Positions 61,101 through 64,000 of a DNA stretch of 64,000 nucleotides are shown piece by piece (positions within the stretch are counted from its first letter, which is position 1; every line of letters starts with the position of its first letter). The notes under the pieces are model-generated. The model searched no databases, was not told where the DNA came from, and was given only the letters and a program-made list of their open reading frames with translations. This DNA is from Priapulus caudatus. Lineage: Eukaryota. Made by a program: the position numbers and the translations under genes. The stretch is from NCBI RefSeq assembly GCF_000485595.1, contig NW_014577074.1, positions 949,479 to 1,013,478 on the forward strand, written 5' to 3'.

Positions 61101-63853
61101 GGCCTGTTTAGGTGCACTATGCCGATGCACATGCCCTAAGGATCCTATTACAGCCTACAGTTAGCTACTCTAACAGTGCAGTCTAGCCGTTCGCAGTTAC
61201 TTCCTTGTTACAAATCATTCTGTATGTCACGGTTCATTCACACCGCCTCACCGTAAAAGCTAAAACCTCAAAGAACGGCGAGAAATTCTGTGCTTGCTCA
61301 TTTCGGTACGTTAATTAAGGCATTTATGCCTCGTTGATTCAATATTGAAAACACCAACATAATAGATGGTTGGGCTAGGTTGGGGACATGCGACGGTCAC
61401 CTGCTACTAGAAAAAGTCCTCGGCAATAGGCCAATCACAGCAAAATCTAGAAATGGATTTCCCAGGTACCAATCATGTACATCCAACCGTGATTGCAAGT
61501 AATTCTAGGACTCCTCAGGTGGTCGTGCGAATTGACTGCTTCGCTTTTACTCGGATGTTACAGTTACAATAATTGGAACGTCCAGCGGGTGGCTGACTGG
61601 CTCGTGGGTAATCTGGAGAATGAAGTAGTACTAGCATCTTGCTAGTATGCCTAGGGGAATGATGCAGAATGGACTAGGAAAAACATTCTATCTAGACTTT
61701 CATCTTACACGTGTTTTCAGTCACAGAAAAACATCTGCATGGACATTAACAAGTGGCCTCAGCTGGTTTCGGCTGTTTTTTGGGTCCCGGATCCAGGGGC
61801 ACACTACTGGGGATCCAACAACAGTAGCTGAGAAGGAGGTTGAAGAAAACCAACAGGCTATATAAAACATTGGTTCTATATTCATGAACCCAAATTTTTT
61901 GCAACCCCAAAGCTCCCAGGTCGTTCATCATTATGCACACGTGGTGAAGGTGCTGATTGCTGAACAATGAATTATGTAATGCAAGTCACGGCTAATAACC
62001 AGGGACACAATGAGCTGAAGGTGTTCTCCCACTGTGGAAGTTCAACTCCCACTGCCCGAGTGCACTGCTCCTCAACAGCCTTTTAGTTGCGCTGGGACGC
62101 TCAGACTTTACAAATAGAATCTACTTTACAAATAGTTGACCGATTAACCAGATTTAGCCATGATAAGCTTGTTAACCCTGCCCGATCCCGTTCCACCTGA
62201 ACAACCTACGCATACGCGATATCCGGCTCTACGTAAAATCGCAATCGCACGTACACACACTAAGAGCAGACGTGCAAGCAGACAGAAAACTGCTTTATTT
62301 CATTGCGTGCTATTCGGTCACGTTACGCCGTCGATCGTCGCTGAACTAGCACGGCTGTACCGAGAGAACGCTGCCAGCGTGAAAAGCTCTTCCTGCAGCC
62401 GCTACACGCACATGGGGGGCCGCGATACAATTAATGGTCGGAAGAAAGGACAGTGATGGGGAAGCAAAAGCGCAGATGCTTCTCAGTCTTTTCATTACAA
62501 AATCGGTTGTCAGGTGCCAAAGTCGGTGTACCCAATCCCATCTAATGACTGGGTACAGCCACCCGGCTCATGCACGTATATAACTTACATTATACGCGAT
62601 GATAGAAAGCCGCCGCTTTCCATGTATCATTCCCACCGCATTAATGATAGTCCTATCATGATTCATCAAATCTAAATATGTGAGCAGTCACAAACGCCAA
62701 CTTCAAATCCTGTTAGAGATTGCAGGGATAATAAAGGGCCGGGACACACTAGGCAATTTTATCGGGTGACTCAGTCGAGCGACTCAATCGCCGGTGAAAA
62801 TCGCCTGATGTATCCAGTCAGTCGCCGCCGATTTAGTCGCACGATTTAGTCGCCCGATTCAATCGCATCGATCAAAACGTTTTGATATTATCGGGCGATT
62901 ATTTCAGTCGCGCGACTAAATCGTGTGATGTGTCCTCTCGACTCGCGCGATAGAATCGGGCGATATTATCGGGCGATAAAGTCACCCGATTAGATCGCAT
63001 TAAAATCGCCTAGTGTGTCCGGCCCTTAACGTGCAAGCGCACGAATAACTAGAATGTCGTGAAGTCTTGACACAATTAAAATCCGCTAATATTCTAGTTT
63101 AGCTCGTTAGAGGCATGTTTATTCTTAAAAGCAATATTTTTCAAAATACCCCTTAAATACTATTATTTGATACTAAACACGGATGTTACTTTGCAATAAA
63201 ATGAACATTTCTCTGGATTGGTAAAACTATTTAAAATAATTTTTACAAAGCACAAATGCTTTCAATACAAACATATGCAACAACAGAGAGGCTGCCATCT
63301 TCACAGCTGCAGCTAAGATACACTTCTCCTCCCACCTCAGACAAAAAAAGAAATCAACAAAAAACATACTAATACACTATTTTACTGCTGCAATATCATG
63401 TCGTATTCACCATACCTGATTCACTATGTACTACACTGACTTACATCTCCTGTCTCACAATATATCACACGGCCTTGTCTACTGCTTCACAATGTATCAC
63501 ACTGACTTACGTCTACTGCTTCACAATGTATCACACTGACTTACGTCTACTGCTTCACAATGTATCACACTGACTTACGTCTACTGCTTCACAATGTATC
63601 ACACTGACTTACGTCTACTGCTTCACAATGTATCACACGGACTTGTCTACTGCTTCACAATGTATCACACTGACTTTGCCCCAATAGTCACCCCATGTAT
63701 TATATGGACCAACCCCTTTTGCTTTTTTATATATACTACACGGACTCACCTCTCCTGCTTCAAGGCATACTCAAGCATCTTGATGCGGCGCACAAGATCC
63801 CTCTTCAGGTTCTCCTGGCCCTGTCGCTCTCCCTGCAGGAATGCGATCCTCGC
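42936..63853 (-). CDS. STRN3: Striatin-family WD40 scaffold (STRIPAK / PP2A B''' subunit); gene span, 5' exon outside the window
   Basis: 18 phase-compatible exons from ARIAFLQGERQGQENLKRDLVRRIKMLEYALKQE to YIASAGADALAKVFV*; paralogue naming is nominal. Confidence 0.94.
43452..43538 (-). CDS. STRN3: Striatin exon
   Basis: KMVHTMVAHLDAVTSLAIDPNGLYLLSG; phase 1-1. Confidence 0.93.
43874..43981 (-). CDS. STRN3: Striatin exon
   Basis: PGVLSTIHQVVSHPTLPITVTAHEDRHIRFFDNNT; phase 1-1. Confidence 0.93.
44205..44342 (-). CDS. STRN3: Striatin exon
   Basis: LIPTSIDFVRSDPIQMVAAYSDCDAVIYDLETSQPVIHLESKDLS; phase 1-1. Confidence 0.92.
44651..44818 (-). CDS. STRN3: Striatin exon
   Basis: PSVLAATLTGHTGAVWGLSVHSSNNRLLSCASDGTVRLWQP...; phase 1-1. 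Confidence 0.93.
45084..45205 (-). CDS. STRN3: Striatin exon
   Basis: GAVLSLAMSVSGEECFSGGIDSSIRCWKIPSSNVDPYDMY; phase 2-1. Confidence 0.93.
46241..46288 (-). CDS. STRN3: Striatin exon
   Basis: TASLDVEPVYTFRGH; phase 2-2. Confidence 0.9.
46482..46657 (-). CDS. STRN3: Striatin exon (first WD40 repeat)
   Basis: LSSSKDALRKTWNAKYTLRSHFDGIRALVFHPVDPVLITASEDHTLKLWNLDKTVPAK; phase 0-2. Confidence 0.95.
46881..47020 (-). CDS. STRN3: Striatin exon
   Basis: GPNDANIPFPAG...FGLGELAGLTIQNDCELSYD; phase 1-0. Confidence 0.88.
47203..49416 (+). repeat. 41-bp tandem satellite ACATGAAGGGTGAACACACCAACCACGCACGTACGTAGCTT
   Basis: Period 41 (47941 to 47982), roughly 50 units, head-to-tail with no spacers. Confidence 0.95.
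49520..49705 (-). CDS. STRN3: Striatin exon with poly-Ala tract
   Basis: (R)PKRSTLQAMLASLG...APAAAAAAATASD...VDEA; phase 1-1. Confidence 0.82.
51915..52110. repeat. (GA)n-rich microsatellite
   Basis: Direct dinucleotide/tetranucleotide runs. Confidence 0.9.
53054..53176 (-). CDS. STRN3: Striatin exon
   Basis: (E)KSELAAAPPPGDNDWNVDEQMLSRLKQEYSKDSKHSRNMQ, resembling striatin 'WDVDQGLISKLKEQY'; phase 1-1. Confidence 0.8.
53476..53626 (-). CDS. STRN3: Striatin exon
   Basis: GMTRSNEG...ETEEALSQFDFLGSDGADGAGEARTQGDGTEW; phase 0-1. Confidence 0.9.
53676..54098. mobile_element. hAT-like MITE
   Basis: TAGTGATG...CATCACTA termini, 8-bp TSD ATAGCCGC. Confidence 0.88.
54814..54886 (-). CDS. STRN3: Striatin exon
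   Basis: EADLIDETLADELDRIDVKKPKPK|gtacgt; phase 2-0. Confidence 0.8.
55393..55521 (-). CDS. STRN3: Striatin exon
   Basis: VQAKKHPATLGEGALLESEAAVIDTFSFLSTENDLEVEDDEE; phase 2-2. Confidence 0.85.
55838..56974 (-). mobile_element. HINE-like element spanning an assembly gap
   Basis: Both family ends present: catctgac-ttc-gtcagatg palindrome plus agctaaaaa at the right, aacaagtgccgtggagcgacagcgctcatct at the left. Confidence 0.7.
57756..57929 (-). CDS. STRN3: Striatin exon
   Basis: YLQEIGYTDTIIDVRSARVRQLLGL...; phase 2-2. Confidence 0.93.
58163..58640. mobile_element. hAT-like MITE
   Basis: 15-bp perfect TIR CAGGGGCGTAAATCC, 8-bp TSD ACGAAAGG. Confidence 0.9.
59140..59215 (-). CDS. STRN3: Striatin exon
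   Basis: DLNGDNYLTGVENHSWKQGRQLLR(Q); phase 1-2. Confidence 0.9.
59325..59851. mobile_element. PIF/Harbinger-like MITE
   Basis: agcctcgtccacacg / cgtgtgaacgcggct TIRs, 3-bp flanking repeat ATA, internal cgttcacacg motifs. Confidence 0.7.
59917..59984 (-). CDS. STRN3: Striatin exon
   Basis: ARFHKLKYGADMLPDNKELEEA; phase 2-1. Confidence 0.9.
60531..60965 (+). repeat. 24-bp degenerate tandem repeat (translates as xNVTKCLx)
   Basis: ~17 units of GAGAATGTCACCAAATGTCTGNNN. Confidence 0.88.
62735..63026. mobile_element. PIF/Harbinger-like MITE
   Basis: agggccgg(g)acacactaggc TIRs, 3-bp TSD TAA. Confidence 0.82.
63415..63676 (+). repeat. 34-bp tandem repeat
   Basis: tcacaatgtatcacactgacttacgtctactgct, period 63481 to 63515, ~7 units. 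Confidence 0.92.
63750..63853 (-). CDS. STRN3: Striatin exon (N-terminal coiled coil)
   Basis: ARIAFLQGERQGQENLKRDLVRRIKMLEYALKQE(R); phase 0-2. Confidence 0.95.
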
Positions 63854-64000
63854 CTGCAAGAGCAAACAAGACCAATAAGTACGGTAGCCCTTTCCCATCA
63901 CTGACCACGTCCCTTAGTTGCAACATCATCATCAGTATCCGCATCAGATTCACTTAGTGTATGTTTGTTCTCTTCCAAGAACCCTCACCTCCCTTCGTGC

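Overview
Eukaryotic (invertebrate-metazoan-like), intron-rich genomic DNA from a draft assembly with N-gaps and several stretches of indel-rich sequence that look like raw long-read gap fill. Three conserved multi-exon genes were reconstructed by hand from GT-AG sites, reading phase and recalled protein similarity. (1) The 3' part of an ARL5-type small GTPase (+), with exons in the anomalous order 4-5-2-3-4'-5'-6. (2) A complete RTF1 (Paf1 complex subunit, +, 14486-39755), with two locally duplicated blocks, one carrying an inverted exon. (3) A striatin/STRN3-like gene (-, 42936-63853, first exon beyond the window), convergent with RTF1. Introns and intergenic DNA hold many non-autonomous DNA transposons (hAT-, PIF/Harbinger-, Tc1/mariner-, P-like, a Helitron, Helentron-type HINEs) and minisatellites of 14, 24, 33/35, 34, 41 and 62 bp. 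The most interesting signals are a 67-bp structure resembling a P-element excision footprint with templated filler, a 24-bp repeat whose variation looks codon-constrained (xNVTKCLx) antisense in a striatin intron, presence/absence polymorphisms between duplicated blocks, and a candidate 24-nt striatin microexon. No clearly new multi-gene system is supported. Most duplications are best explained as haplotype or assembly artefacts. No database searches were run.
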